A DNA stretch of 64,000 bases from Cyanobacteriota bacterium (GTDB taxonomy: Bacteria > Cyanobacteriota > Cyanobacteriia > Cyanobacteriales > Nostocaceae). Made by a program: the position numbers and the translations under genes. Below are positions 10,576 through 20,718 of this stretch, piece by piece (position 1 is the stretch's first letter; every line of letters starts with the position of its first letter). Location: positions 50,076 to 114,075 of the forward strand of contig JBJOKS010000020.1 in assembly GCA_046045965.1 (NCBI GenBank). The letters are read 5' to 3'. The notes under the pieces were generated by a model. That model searched no databases. It saw nothing but the letters and a program-made list of their open reading frames with translations, and was not told the DNA's origin.

Positions 10576-11478
10576 TTAATTAATATTTATTCTCTTTTTA
10601 ACTAGTTCACAAAGTTGTTGAAAATCATCAGGCTGTTCACTAAGAGGCCTTCTTAATAAATCCTTAACAACAGCATTTGTTGCATCTTTACCCGTTATTC
10701 TCTTCCCGCTGGTATCTTCCACTATAAAACATTCATTAACAACGGTAGACAATAGTTTTTTACCTCCCATTAAATTTATCCAATTACCATACCCAATTTC
10801 TAAATTTTCGCTCTCTCCATAAAATTCATTAAGAATTATATTTAGTTTCTCCTCAATATTTTGTATATTTGTATATTGACATAAATCTTGTTGACGTTGG
10901 GAAAACTCCGGTATTTTTGTGGTTAAGTTTCTAATTGCATCTTCTTTAGTTTTAAAATCATTAACTTTATCAAAATTCTTAATCCACTTCTTTTTAAATT
11001 CTTCTCTACAGCCAATTATGACGCTATTCGCAGCTTCAAAAAAAACTCGTTCACGCGCAACCCGTAAAAGACACTGTTCTATTTTTTGACGATCACAATT
11101 AATATAAGAACTTTTCATTAAATAATCTATAGAAAGAAAATAATTTTCAATTTCTCGTTTCCTCCATATTAATAAATTATTTTTTGTTTCATCTGGAAAA
11201 TTAGACCATGTACTTTCAACTTCTTCATTAGAACAATAATCTCTATCAATAATAAAATAGTATTCAGGGTGATGTGGATGCAAAGCTTCTGCTGCACTTC
11301 TGATATGAAAAGATGCACCAAGGGGTTTAACATCCACAAAAATATCATTATTAGTAAAAAGTGTATTTATGATAAAAGGATCGATTGAATTATCATCCTT
11401 ACCTTCTACAAATATAACGTGACTAGCTCCTTGTTTAACCTTCTCCGAACGAACATTAGTTGTAACTTTAATCGTCAT
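10576..11478 (-). CDS. TOPRIM / DUF4435-like nuclease (PARIS AriB-like)
   Basis: FVEGKDD, IIDRDY, REIENYF motifs. Likely start is the ATG at 11478, overlapping the ATPase stop. Confidence 0.75.
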   Translation of the reverse strand: MTIKVTTNVRSEKVKQGASHVIFVEGKDDNSIDPFIINTLFTNNDIFVDVKPLGASFHIRSAAEALHPHHPEYYFIIDRDYCSNEEVESTWSNFPDETKNNLLIWRKREIENYFLSIDYLMKSSYINCDRQKIEQCLLRVARERVFFEAANSVIIGCREEFKKKWIKNFDKVNDFKTKEDAIRNLTTKIPEFSQRQQDLCQYTNIQNIEEKLNIILNEFYGESENLEIGYGNWINLMGGKKLLSTVVNECFIVEDTSGKRITGKDATNAVVKDLLRRPLSEQPDDFQQLCELVKKRININ

Positions 11479-12601
11479 TTGATCCATCTCCACCAGATGA
11501 TAGGAGAATACGTCTATCAGCATCTACTGAATCAAAAATATCCTCAGAATGAGTAGCAATAATATATTGGTTGTTTGGTGCAAGTTGATATAAATTATGG
11601 ACAAACCGACGATGCCATTCTGCATTAAGATGTAATTCAGGTTCATCAATCATAACTATTCCCGGATAACGATCTGTATATTTCCAAATCAGAAAAAGAG
11701 TTGATATGATTTCTTTTTGTCCAGAACTTAATCCGTCAAAAGTAAAAGATGCACTACCATTTGTTGGAGTAATTCTAAACTCAATAGTATTATCCGGCGA
11801 TGGACGTAACTTTTCAATAGTACCAGATGCGTATCGGCTCATTAATTCATTTAATGTTTCTATAACTCTCTCCGATTCAGTATCATCTATATTTTCAAAC
11901 AGACCACCTCGACTCATTAATGAACGCAAAATTTCTAGTTTAAATGTGCTGATAGGAAGCTCTGCTCTGACTCTTTTTAATCTTCTATATGACTTATCTT
12001 CAACCATCATTCCTAGTTCTAAACCACCTTCTTGAATTTTTCTATAGCTATGAAAATAGATAAAATGTGGAAGTAGAATTGGTTCTGGACTCAAACCTAC
12101 TAACGAATAAAAGAATCTTTCGATATTATCACTCGTATAAAATAACTGAAAATGGTTTTGAGTTAAGACTTGTTTAAATGCTGAAGTATCAGTATTAATT
12201 TTAAAATTGCCAGTACGAGAAATTTGTAAATTTACGCTAAATTTTTGATGATCAACAAAAAAGTCACCACTAATATTTGCATCTTCTTCACCGCCTCTAA
12301 TTAAGAGGTCAGGAATATTAATGGAAATACCAGGTGAAAGAAATCTATTCAAAGATATTTTATCTTGAGATGCTGCTAAAAATAGCAATGCACAAGACTC
12401 TAATACTGATGTTTTGCCCAGTCCATTACGACTACCCATGACGATGATATCTGGATCACCTTTTAATTGTGGGACTGGAAAATTAAGCTCAATATCATCT
12501 AATCCCTTAAAATTTCTGATTTTTAAATTTCTAATCTTAATAGATTTATGTTGCTTATCAGATTGAGTGTGACCTTTATTAATTTCTATTTGATCAGTCA
12601 T
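11468..12601 (-). CDS. ABC-type (AAA_15/AAA_21-like) ATPase (PARIS AriA-like)
   Basis: IRNFKG, Walker A GSRNGLGKT, signature LSSGQ, Walker B MIDEPELHL, H-loop ATHS. Confidence 0.88.
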   Translation of the reverse strand: MTDQIEINKGHTQSDKQHKSIKIRNLKIRNFKGLDDIELNFPVPQLKGDPDIIVMGSRNGLGKTSVLESCALLFLAASQDKISLNRFLSPGISINIPDLLIRGGEEDANISGDFFVDHQKFSVNLQISRTGNFKINTDTSAFKQVLTQNHFQLFYTSDNIERFFYSLVGLSPEPILLPHFIYFHSYRKIQEGGLELGMMVEDKSYRRLKRVRAELPISTFKLEILRSLMSRGGLFENIDDTESERVIETLNELMSRYASGTIEKLRPSPDNTIEFRITPTNGSASFTFDGLSSGQKEIISTLFLIWKYTDRYPGIVMIDEPELHLNAEWHRRFVHNLYQLAPNNQYIIATHSEDIFDSVDADRRILLSSGGDGSNDD

Positions 12602-13116
12602 ACACCTGTTCCTCTTTTCTTTCTATATCAATTAGATTAACTAAGATATTCCTTGATTATTCAACCTCATACCAGAAGATTAGTCCAAAAATAAAAATAA
12701 TTTGCACCAAATACCTATTTTAGTCCGAACGCTCACCCGTAGAGTATGCTAACAAATTTTAATGGGATTTCTACTGTTATTTTGGGTTTGAATGAAATTG
12801 GTGGCAACACTGAGATTAACTTTGGTGATAAAACTCTGGCTATCCTTAATGGTATTACGAGTTAAAATGTTAATATCACCCAATTTGTAATTTAAAGCTG
12901 GTGATAGAGATACTTACTGTTAGATTGTTAACATAACGATATGTAACAGTTTTTGTAACTTCTCCCTGAAAGTTAATTTCCGTGCCATGATGGGAGTTGA
13001 GAAGTAATTCGGCGACGGCGTTTGTTTTTAACATTGATGGTTTTTTTCCTTTTGGTATTTACAGACTTTTCTCCGAAACCTAAATCTCTACACTCTTATG
13101 ATTTTGGAGAAAAGCT

Positions 13117-13431
13117 ATGTCAATTTATGTAGGCAACCTCTCTTATGAAGTTACCCAAGATACTCTAACTGCGGTTTTTGCAGAATATGGTTCTGTAAAG
13201 CGCGTTCAACTACCTACTGATCGTGAAACAGGAAGACTACGCGGTTTTGGTTTTGTGGAAATGGGTACAGAAGCAGAAGAAACAACTGCTATTGAAGCAC
13301 TTGATGGTGCTGAATGGATGGGACGTGATTTAAAAGTGAACAAGGCCAAACCCAAAGAAGACAGAGGTGGTTCTTTTGGTGGTGGTAATCGCAGTGGTGG
13401 TGGCGGTGGTTATAATCGTAATCGCTACTAA
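13117..13431 (+). CDS. rbp: RRM RNA-binding protein with Gly-rich tail (cyanobacterial Rbp family)
   Basis: RNP2 IYVGNL, RNP1 RGFGFVEM, Gly-rich C-terminus. Confidence 0.95.
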   Translation: MSIYVGNLSYEVTQDTLTAVFAEYGSVKRVQLPTDRETGRLRGFGFVEMGTEAEETTAIEALDGAEWMGRDLKVNKAKPKEDRGGSFGGGNRSGGGGGYNRNRY

Positions 13432-13559
13432 GATATAAAATCAAGCCTTTTTGCTAATGCACAGGGTTTAGAAATTTAATTGAATTTAGTAACGGCTTAA
13501 GTATGACAAAATAACCATACTTGAGCCTTTTTAATTGATAATTTCTGGATAATTTGTGA

Positions 13560-14615
13560 TTACGGTTCCTCAGACACCTGCACAATTAATTTACCCATTT
13601 TATCACCATCAAAAAGTTTGAGAATTGCCTTTGGTGCATTTTCCAAACCTGCAACAATTTCTTGAGTATATTTAATTTTTCCCTCTTGTAACCATTGTCC
13701 GATATCCCGAAAAGCAACATCAAATTGTGGAACATAATCGGTGACAATAAAACCTTGTATTAACAAACGCTGCATTAAAATCTGACTAAAATTATAGGGA
13801 CCAGGTACAGGTTCTTGAGCATTATAAGTGGAAATCAAACCACATAGAGGAATGCGTGCATTTAAATTAACTTGTGTCAAAACAGCGTCAAGAATTTCCC
13901 CACCAACATTCTCGAAATAGATATCAATACCATTGGGACATGATGCAGCTAAAGCGGGAATTAAATCAGCGGTTTTATAATTAATTGCAGCATCAAAATT
14001 GAGTTCTTCTAATATATAGCGACATTTTTCATCGGAACTGGTGATCCCCACCACACGACAACCTTTAATTTTGGCTATTTGTCCCACCAGGGAACCGACA
14101 GCACCAGATGCGGCTGAAACAACTACGGTTTCTCCGGGTTGGGGTTTTCCTATATCCAATAGTCCAAAATAAGCAGTGCAACCAATAAAACTCAGAGGAT
14201 GCAAAAAAGCCGTGAGGGGGACTGGTAAAGGTTGGGGTAGTTTCGTGAGAAAAAGAAGGTTCTGAGGGGAAATTAGGGCGTAATCTTGCCATCCTAATGC
14301 TCCAGAAACCAGATCCCCTGGTTGAAAGTTGGGATTTTTCGACTCTTCAACCACACCGACAACCAAACCGCGCATCACTTCCCCAAGTTCCACAGGTGGC
14401 ATATACTGGGGGCGATCGCTCATCCAAATGCGATTGGTAGGATCTAAAGAAAGATATATACTACGTACCAGGATTTCACCATCTTCAGGGTGAGGAATTG
14501 CTTCTTCCCGATACTCAAAATCACTTTCTTTGATATCACCTACAGGACGAGATGCTAAACGCCACTGACGATTTATGGATTTTTTCATAAATTTGATTAT
14601 CCCAGGTTTGAACAT
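13560..14615 (-). CDS. NADP-dependent oxidoreductase (MDR, prostaglandin reductase/CurA-like)
   Basis: LASRP, YLSLDP, VSAASGAVGS, YFENVGG motifs. Likely start at MKKS (14588). Confidence 0.9.
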   Translation of the reverse strand: MFKPGIIKFMKKSINRQWRLASRPVGDIKESDFEYREEAIPHPEDGEILVRSIYLSLDPTNRIWMSDRPQYMPPVELGEVMRGLVVGVVEESKNPNFQPGDLVSGALGWQDYALISPQNLLFLTKLPQPLPVPLTAFLHPLSFIGCTAYFGLLDIGKPQPGETVVVSAASGAVGSLVGQIAKIKGCRVVGITSSDEKCRYILEELNFDAAINYKTADLIPALAASCPNGIDIYFENVGGEILDAVLTQVNLNARIPLCGLISTYNAQEPVPGPYNFSQILMQRLLIQGFIVTDYVPQFDVAFRDIGQWLQEGKIKYTQEIVAGLENAPKAILKLFDGDKMGKLIVQVSEEP

Positions 14616-14767
14616 GAAAATTATCCCCTATGGGGATGATTTTGGCACATTGGCAGAAATTTTTTCTAAAACTTAGCATAATGATGGGGCAGCACGTAAG
14701 CGCAAACTTAGTCACAAAATGTTAATTTGGAAAACTATGACTAAGTTAAACTGCTCTACATCTACCA

Positions 14768-15688
14768 ATGCCTTATCTTACTACTGCTGCGGAAATCCGT
14801 TCCCAAATCGCTAAATATACCAAAGCACAAACTTTGTGGATAGATACAGAAGTTGCTGATTACAAAAGTCGCAATCCTAGATTATCGCTGATTCAAATAT
14901 TAGATAATCCTCAAGATATGACTGGTGACAGTGTTTATGTTTTGGATGTACTAAATCAGTCTGATGTGGTTGCTGATTTTATTGAGCAAATTATGATCAA
15001 TCCGTCCATCGAAAAGGTTTTTCATAATGCTAGTTATGATGTGAGATTTTTAGGCAATAAAAAAGCCGAAAATGTTACTTGTACTTTGGCAATGGCGAAG
15101 TCAATACCCTATCATATCCTACCGTTGCCTAATTATCAGTTGAAAACTCTGGCTACTGTACTTTGTAATTTTCACGATATTGATAAACAGTATCAAAGCA
15201 GCGATTGGGGTAAAAGACCTTTGACTGATGACCAATTAGAATATGCTTATTTTGATGGTATTTATCTAGCTCAAATCCATTTGCAGTTATTGGCTTTACA
15301 GTCCCAAATTACCACAGTCCCAGAAACAGAAGATTTATATCAACTTTCTCAAAGATATACAGAAGTTGAACAGCAGCGAAAATTGATCAATTCCGAATTT
15401 GATTATTTACAAGAACGATTAAAAAAAGCTATGCAAGTTCAAAATATATCCGAAACTGAATATTGTCAGCTGTCTGGTTATGAACGTAAATCTGTAAAAG
15501 TTAAATTTACTGAATTGGTGCGTTTGGTGGAAAGTCAAGATGTTGATTTGGATTTTCCCATTACTCTGACTGAAAAACTGCAAAAAGATTTAGGCAGAAA
15601 TTTGGAACAATTAAATGTAGATATTGAAACAACTTCTGTTTGGCGATTAATTACTAAATCTCAGGAAAGTGATGTTAATGATGAGTAA
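14768..15688 (+). CDS. rnd: RNase D-like DEDDy 3'-5' exonuclease with C-terminal helical extension
   Basis: WIDTE, KVFHNASYD, QSSDWGKRPL, YAYFD motifs. Confidence 0.8.
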   Translation: MPYLTTAAEIRSQIAKYTKAQTLWIDTEVADYKSRNPRLSLIQILDNPQDMTGDSVYVLDVLNQSDVVADFIEQIMINPSIEKVFHNASYDVRFLGNKKAENVTCTLAMAKSIPYHILPLPNYQLKTLATVLCNFHDIDKQYQSSDWGKRPLTDDQLEYAYFDGIYLAQIHLQLLALQSQITTVPETEDLYQLSQRYTEVEQQRKLINSEFDYLQERLKKAMQVQNISETEYCQLSGYERKSVKVKFTELVRLVESQDVDLDFPITLTEKLQKDLGRNLEQLNVDIETTSVWRLITKSQESDVNDE

Positions 15689-16014
15689 GAGAGGAATTTA
15701 AATTTATTCCTGCACAAGAATATCCCCGATTTATTCAATAATTTCCACAAGTCGGGGAACTGAATTATGATGTTGATAAAAATGGTATTGATCTGAACAA
15801 TTTACTAATTTAAAAATGAACTTATTTATACATTAATTTTTCGAGTAAATGGTTAGATTTTAAAAAAGTTATGAATGGAATCTAGAGAAGATGATGAAAG
15901 CTTGTTAATTGAGTTAATACTAGCAGTAGCGGTGGTAATTTCCGGGAAGTAAAAGAAATAAATTGGATTTTTGTAATCTTTTACTCCGGGTATGAAAGCG
16001 GTTTATAAGAACTT

Positions 16015-16857
16015 ATGAAATGGCAGTTATTGACACACAAAGAGCAAGTGCTAGGTAGAATATTCAAAATAGTAGTGGCTACTGGGTTAACTGGAATTTT
16101 ATGCGTTTCTTGCAGTCAAAATAAGGAAGTTTTGGTGACAGAAATAGGGGTTAGCCCTCCCAACCGACTGACACCTAAAACATCAAAAGCTGGAGAGTTC
16201 TATATCCAAGGACAAAATCAGCACGCTAGAGGTAATTCTCAAGCTGCTATTGCTGCTTATAGTAGATCAATTAGCCTGAATTCTGAATATGCGCCGGCGT
16301 TTAAAAGTCGGGGGTTAGCATATTTTGATATTGGTAATAAAGAAGGTGCGATCGCAGATTATAATCAAGCATTACGTCTGAATCCTAACGATGCAGAAAC
16401 CTATAATAATAGAGGAAATGCCCGTGCATCTTTGGGAGATCAACAAAATGCGATCGCAGATTATAATGAAGCAATTCGCCTAGCGTCCAACTATGCCGAA
16501 GCTTACAATAATCGAGGAAATGCCCGTTCTGCCCAAGGAGATAAAAACGGGGCATTGCAAGATTATACACAGGCTATTAGTATAGATCAAAACTATTCTG
16601 TTGCCTATAATAACCGGGGAAATGCTTACGCGTCTCAGGGAGATCAACAAAAAGCGATCGCAGATTACAATCAAGCTATCCGCCTCAACCCCAACTTTGG
16701 TCCTGCCTATAATAACCGAGGCAACGCTTTTGCTGCTGCTGGAGATAAACGCAGTGCGTTACAAGATTTACAACGGGCAGCAACCATCTTTGATAAAGAA
16801 GGTAACAAAGAATTGTATCAACAAGTGATGAAAAATATTGAGGAATTGGGGAGATAG
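16015..16857 (+). CDS. TPR-repeat protein
   Basis: Six AYNNRG-type TPRs after an N-terminal hydrophobic segment ending in CVSC. Confidence 0.9.
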   Translation: MKWQLLTHKEQVLGRIFKIVVATGLTGILCVSCSQNKEVLVTEIGVSPPNRLTPKTSKAGEFYIQGQNQHARGNSQAAIAAYSRSISLNSEYAPAFKSRGLAYFDIGNKEGAIADYNQALRLNPNDAETYNNRGNARASLGDQQNAIADYNEAIRLASNYAEAYNNRGNARSAQGDKNGALQDYTQAISIDQNYSVAYNNRGNAYASQGDQQKAIADYNQAIRLNPNFGPAYNNRGNAFAAAGDKRSALQDLQRAATIFDKEGNKELYQQVMKNIEELGR

Positions 16858-16858
16858 C

Positions 16859-16904
16859 TAATGGGTAATGGGTAATGGGTAATGGGTAATGGGTAATGGG
16901 TAAT
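16859..16904. repeat. STRR array (TAATGGG)x6
   Basis: Direct reading; Nostocales heptamer repeat between convergent genes. Confidence 0.95.
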
Positions 16905-16940
16905 TAATTTAATTTTTCCCAATCACCAATCACCAATCAC

Positions 16941-18596
16941 CTATTCTTCAAAATTAGGAGTACGTAAATCTTCAACTAAAGCTTGAATATCTGCTGGTGG
17001 TGGTGGAGTAAAACGGGAAACTGTGATAGTGACAATAAAATTAATTACCATCCCTAAAGTGCCGATACCTTCAGCAGAAACTCCAAAAAACCAAGGTGTC
17101 ATTCCCGCAAATTTCACACCAATAATATAGATGATGGTGAAAATTAAACCGGTTAACATTCCCGCAATTGCACCTTCGGCATTTGTGCGTTTATCAAAAA
17201 TTCCTAATACTATCACCGGGAAAAAACTAGCAGCCGCTAAACCAAAAGCAAAAGCTACCACCTGAGACACAAAACCAGGAGGGTTTACACCAAAATAACC
17301 CGCAAGAACTAAAGCAAAACCAACAACAACTCGCCCGACAAATACCCGTTTTTCTTCCGAAGCTGTAGAATCAAAAATGCGGTAGTAAACGTCATGGGCA
17401 ACAGAACTAGAAATTACCAGTAATAAACCAGAAGCTGTTGATAATGCAGCCGCTAAACCTCCAGCAGCAACTAAAGCTATTACCCAAGCTGGGAGTGCTG
17501 CAACTTCGGGAGTAGAGAGAACAATAATATCATTGTCGATGGTAATTTCATTAGTTTCTTTGTTAGGAGTTAACTGCAATTTACCATCTTTATTTTTATC
17601 TTCAAATGTGAGCAGTTTGGTCTTTTCCCATTTATTTGCCCAGTCTAATTGTCTAACTTCTTCAACAGTATGATCGTGAAGAGTTTGAATTAAATTGTAA
17701 CGGGCAAACATGGATAAAGCCGGGGCTGTGGTGTAAAGAATGGCAATAAATAATAAAGCCCAACCTGCGGAAAATCTCGCCGCCCGCACATTAGGAACTG
17801 TGTAAAACCGGACGATAATATGTGGTAAACCAGCAGTTCCTACCATCAAAGCAATAGTGATGAATAGGACATCTAACATGGTTTTATTAGCAAAAGGTTG
17901 GGTATATTCTTTAAATCCTAAATCCACCTGAAGTTGATTTAAATTATTAGCAACATCACTAAAGGTAAATGCTAATTGCGGAAAAGGATTTCCTGTTAGT
18001 TTATCTGCAATAGCAATGGCAGGAATTAAATAAGCTAAAATCAAAATGCAATATTGGGCAACTTGTGTCCAAGTAATACCTTTCATTCCTCCCAAAACTG
18101 CAAAAAAACCAACGATCACAATACCAATGATTACACCAGTATTAATATCAACTTGTAAAAAGCGACTAAATACAATTCCTACCCCACGCATTTGTCCGGC
18201 AACATAGGTAAGAGAAACGAAAATTGCCGCGACAACTGCAACTAAACGAGCGAGATTTGATTTATAGCGATCGCCTACAAAATCTGGTACTGTATATTTA
18301 CCAAACTTGCGTAAATATGGGGCTAATAATAAAGCTAATAAAACATAGCCACCAGTCCAACCCATTAAATAAATTGAACCATCATAACCCAAAGTAGAAA
18401 TTAATCCAGCCATCGAAATAAACGAAGCCGCAGACATCCAATCAGCCGCAGTTGCAGCACCATTAGCAATAGAAGGAATACCCTGACCAGCAATAAAGAA
18501 ATCCTTTGTATCCTTGACCCGTGACTGCCAACCAATGTATATATAGAGTGCAAAAGAAAGTCCTACTAAAATAATCGTCCAAAGTTCAACTGACAC
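16941..18596 (-). CDS. Sodium:solute symporter (ActP-like cation/acetate symporter)
   Basis: ADWMSAASF, GTAGLPH motifs; about 13 TM helices; GTG start. Confidence 0.9.
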   Translation of the reverse strand: MSVELWTIILVGLSFALYIYIGWQSRVKDTKDFFIAGQGIPSIANGAATAADWMSAASFISMAGLISTLGYDGSIYLMGWTGGYVLLALLLAPYLRKFGKYTVPDFVGDRYKSNLARLVAVVAAIFVSLTYVAGQMRGVGIVFSRFLQVDINTGVIIGIVIVGFFAVLGGMKGITWTQVAQYCILILAYLIPAIAIADKLTGNPFPQLAFTFSDVANNLNQLQVDLGFKEYTQPFANKTMLDVLFITIALMVGTAGLPHIIVRFYTVPNVRAARFSAGWALLFIAILYTTAPALSMFARYNLIQTLHDHTVEEVRQLDWANKWEKTKLLTFEDKNKDGKLQLTPNKETNEITIDNDIIVLSTPEVAALPAWVIALVAAGGLAAALSTASGLLLVISSSVAHDVYYRIFDSTASEEKRVFVGRVVVGFALVLAGYFGVNPPGFVSQVVAFAFGLAAASFFPVIVLGIFDKRTNAEGAIAGMLTGLIFTIIYIIGVKFAGMTPWFFGVSAEGIGTLGMVINFIVTITVSRFTPPPPADIQALVEDLRTPNFEE

Positions 18597-18614
18597 CGTT
18601 TATCCTCACTTTTT

Positions 18615-18869
18615 TTATTTTTTGATATTATACTTGCGGTCTAATTTATCCATTTGGAAAGCATAGGTAAAAATCAAACCTACAAAAATCAAAATTGACC
18701 CTTGTTGTGCCATCCAAAAGCCAAAAGGTAAACCAAAAAACCTAATTGTATTTAATGGTTGAACCAATAAAATGCTAAAAACAATTGAGGCTAAAGCCCA
18801 AATAATTAACAGATTTCTGATTAAAGCAGTGTTAGCACGCCAATAAGCACGGCGTTGTTCTTCATCCAT
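18615..18869 (-). CDS. DUF4212 small membrane partner of the SSS transporter
   Basis: YWRAN...GFWMAQQGS motif, directly upstream of the symporter. Confidence 0.88.
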   Translation of the reverse strand: MDEEQRRAYWRANTALIRNLLIIWALASIVFSILLVQPLNTIRFFGLPFGFWMAQQGSILIFVGLIFTYAFQMDKLDRKYNIKK

Positions 18870-19065
18870 TGTTTTTATCCTGGCTGCATCATAGATAAGT
18901 TCAATCAGCCGTTATTATCTAACCTGAATCCGTTTTTTTATGTTAATTTTTTTAACGAGTTACTTTTGATGAAATAAAATCTTTTACGATATCATAGTTG
19001 ATTATTTAATACAAAGCACCATAAATATGATAGATTCAAAAAATCCTGTATCTTTCTTAACTTTA

Positions 19066-19584
19066 TTATCTGCGTCCTAACTTCCAATCTTCACCACCAG
19101 GTAACTGAGTTAAATAATTATCAACCACTGCGGGTAATTCCTTAAGAGAATAATTATAAGTAAGTTGTAATAACTCTCGACTTTGATTAATAATTTGTTC
19201 CTGATTTACCATTTCCGCCAATTGAAAAGGACTGTAAACACCATTTAAAACTTCCACACTTGCATCACGAATTGCACCATCTAATTCATCTTCAATATAT
19301 TCACTCCATTCATTTTCATTGATGTAATAGGATTTTTTATTTTCCTTGAGATTGAGTTTTTTAATTTCCCTAATTGCATTCCGAATTGAAGCAGCCCAAG
19401 AATTGGTTAACCTCTGCTCAATTTGATTCTTAATCAAATGAATTATTAGCACCTTGATAAACGCTTGAATATTGCGTAAAATTGCTTGTTTACTCATCCC
19501 CTCCAACTCATCCACAATAGCTAAAGCATCAGTATAACGCTGTTCCAAAATACAATTTCTGAGGTCTATTAATTCCTGGGTCAT
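19066..19584 (-). CDS. DUF29-family protein
   Basis: ELEGMS...LIIHLIK...SWAASI pattern. Confidence 0.8.
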   Translation of the reverse strand: MTQELIDLRNCILEQRYTDALAIVDELEGMSKQAILRNIQAFIKVLIIHLIKNQIEQRLTNSWAASIRNAIREIKKLNLKENKKSYYINENEWSEYIEDELDGAIRDASVEVLNGVYSPFQLAEMVNQEQIINQSRELLQLTYNYSLKELPAVVDNYLTQLPGGEDWKLGRR

Positions 19585-19788
19585 TTTTTACTAACCTCAA
19601 ATTTACTGCAAATACCCTTTTAGTATAACATATTCCTACTTAATTATTAATTGATTTGTACTTATTAACATTCATAAACTTTTATCAGATAAAAATTAGG
19701 TAAAACCAGTTACATTGATGTAAAATACTAACGGATAATTTTTCATCTGTAAACTGTCTCATCATAATTTTGCTAATTTTAGAATCCC

Positions 19789-20433
19789 ATGTACAAATTT
19801 GATTTAGTTATTTTTGATTGTGATGGTGTGCTTGTAGATAGCGAGCGCATCACCAATACTATTTTTGCGGAAATGCTCAATGAACTAGGGTTGTCTCTCA
19901 CTTTAGAAGATATGTTTGATACGTTTATGGGAAACTCCATGAAACGATGCTTAGAAATTATCCAAGATATGCTCCTTAAACCTGTACCAGATAATCTTGT
20001 CACAGAATATAAGCAAAGAGTCGCCCAGGAGTTAGCAACTTCATTACAGCCAATTAATGGAATACACGATGTTATCAAAAACCTTGAACTTCCTTATTGT
20101 GTTGCTTCCAGTGGTGAACATGAGAAGATGCAAATCACTTTAGGAACAACAGGTTTACTACCGTATTTTTCAGGAAAAATATTTAGTGTGACAGAAGTTG
20201 AACGTGGCAAACCTTATCCAGATATATTCTTATATGCAGCTAAAGAAATGGGATTTAATCCTGAAAAATGTGTTGTTGTTGAAGACTCACCCACGGGAGT
20301 AAAAGCTGGAGTCGCAGCAGGTATGACAGTATTGGGTTACGCATCAATTATGAAACCACAAAAACTTCTAGAAGCTGGTGCATCTCTTGTATTTGATGAT
20401 ATGAAACAGTTACCAGAACTGCTTATCAATTGA
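19789..20433 (+). CDS. HAD-family hydrolase (IA, YieH-like)
   Basis: FDCDGVLVDS, ASS, KPYPD, EDS motifs. Confidence 0.92.
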   Translation: MYKFDLVIFDCDGVLVDSERITNTIFAEMLNELGLSLTLEDMFDTFMGNSMKRCLEIIQDMLLKPVPDNLVTEYKQRVAQELATSLQPINGIHDVIKNLELPYCVASSGEHEKMQITLGTTGLLPYFSGKIFSVTEVERGKPYPDIFLYAAKEMGFNPEKCVVVEDSPTGVKAGVAAGMTVLGYASIMKPQKLLEAGASLVFDDMKQLPELLIN

Positions 20434-20531
20434 TAATTGTTTCATTTAAGGGTTAAAAAAATCTTTAAAACTTTCTTTATGAAACTTCGCCTAATTTTTT
20501 AATCTTTTGTTTTTACCCCTTGGTGGAGTTT

Positions 20532-20666
20532 CAATACTATTCGGTTAAGAACTTTTGTAGGTTGGGTTGAACAAAGTGAAACCCAACATTTACAGGTATT
20601 TGTTGGGTTTCGTTCCTCAACCCAACCTACGTATTTTTGTTTTTTAGCCTTAACCGAAAAGTATTG
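20532..20666. mobile_element. MITE-like element with 18-bp terminal inverted repeats enclosing a REP-doublet palindrome
   Basis: CAATACTATTCGGTTAAG ... CTTAACCGAAAAGTATTG (1 mismatch); internal GTAGGTTGGGTTGA...TCAACCCAACCTAC inverted pair. Confidence 0.7.
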
Positions 20667-20718
20667 GGTGGGGGTTGAGTATTTATTGCTAAACCCCTAC
20701 AAAATATTACGAAATTAC

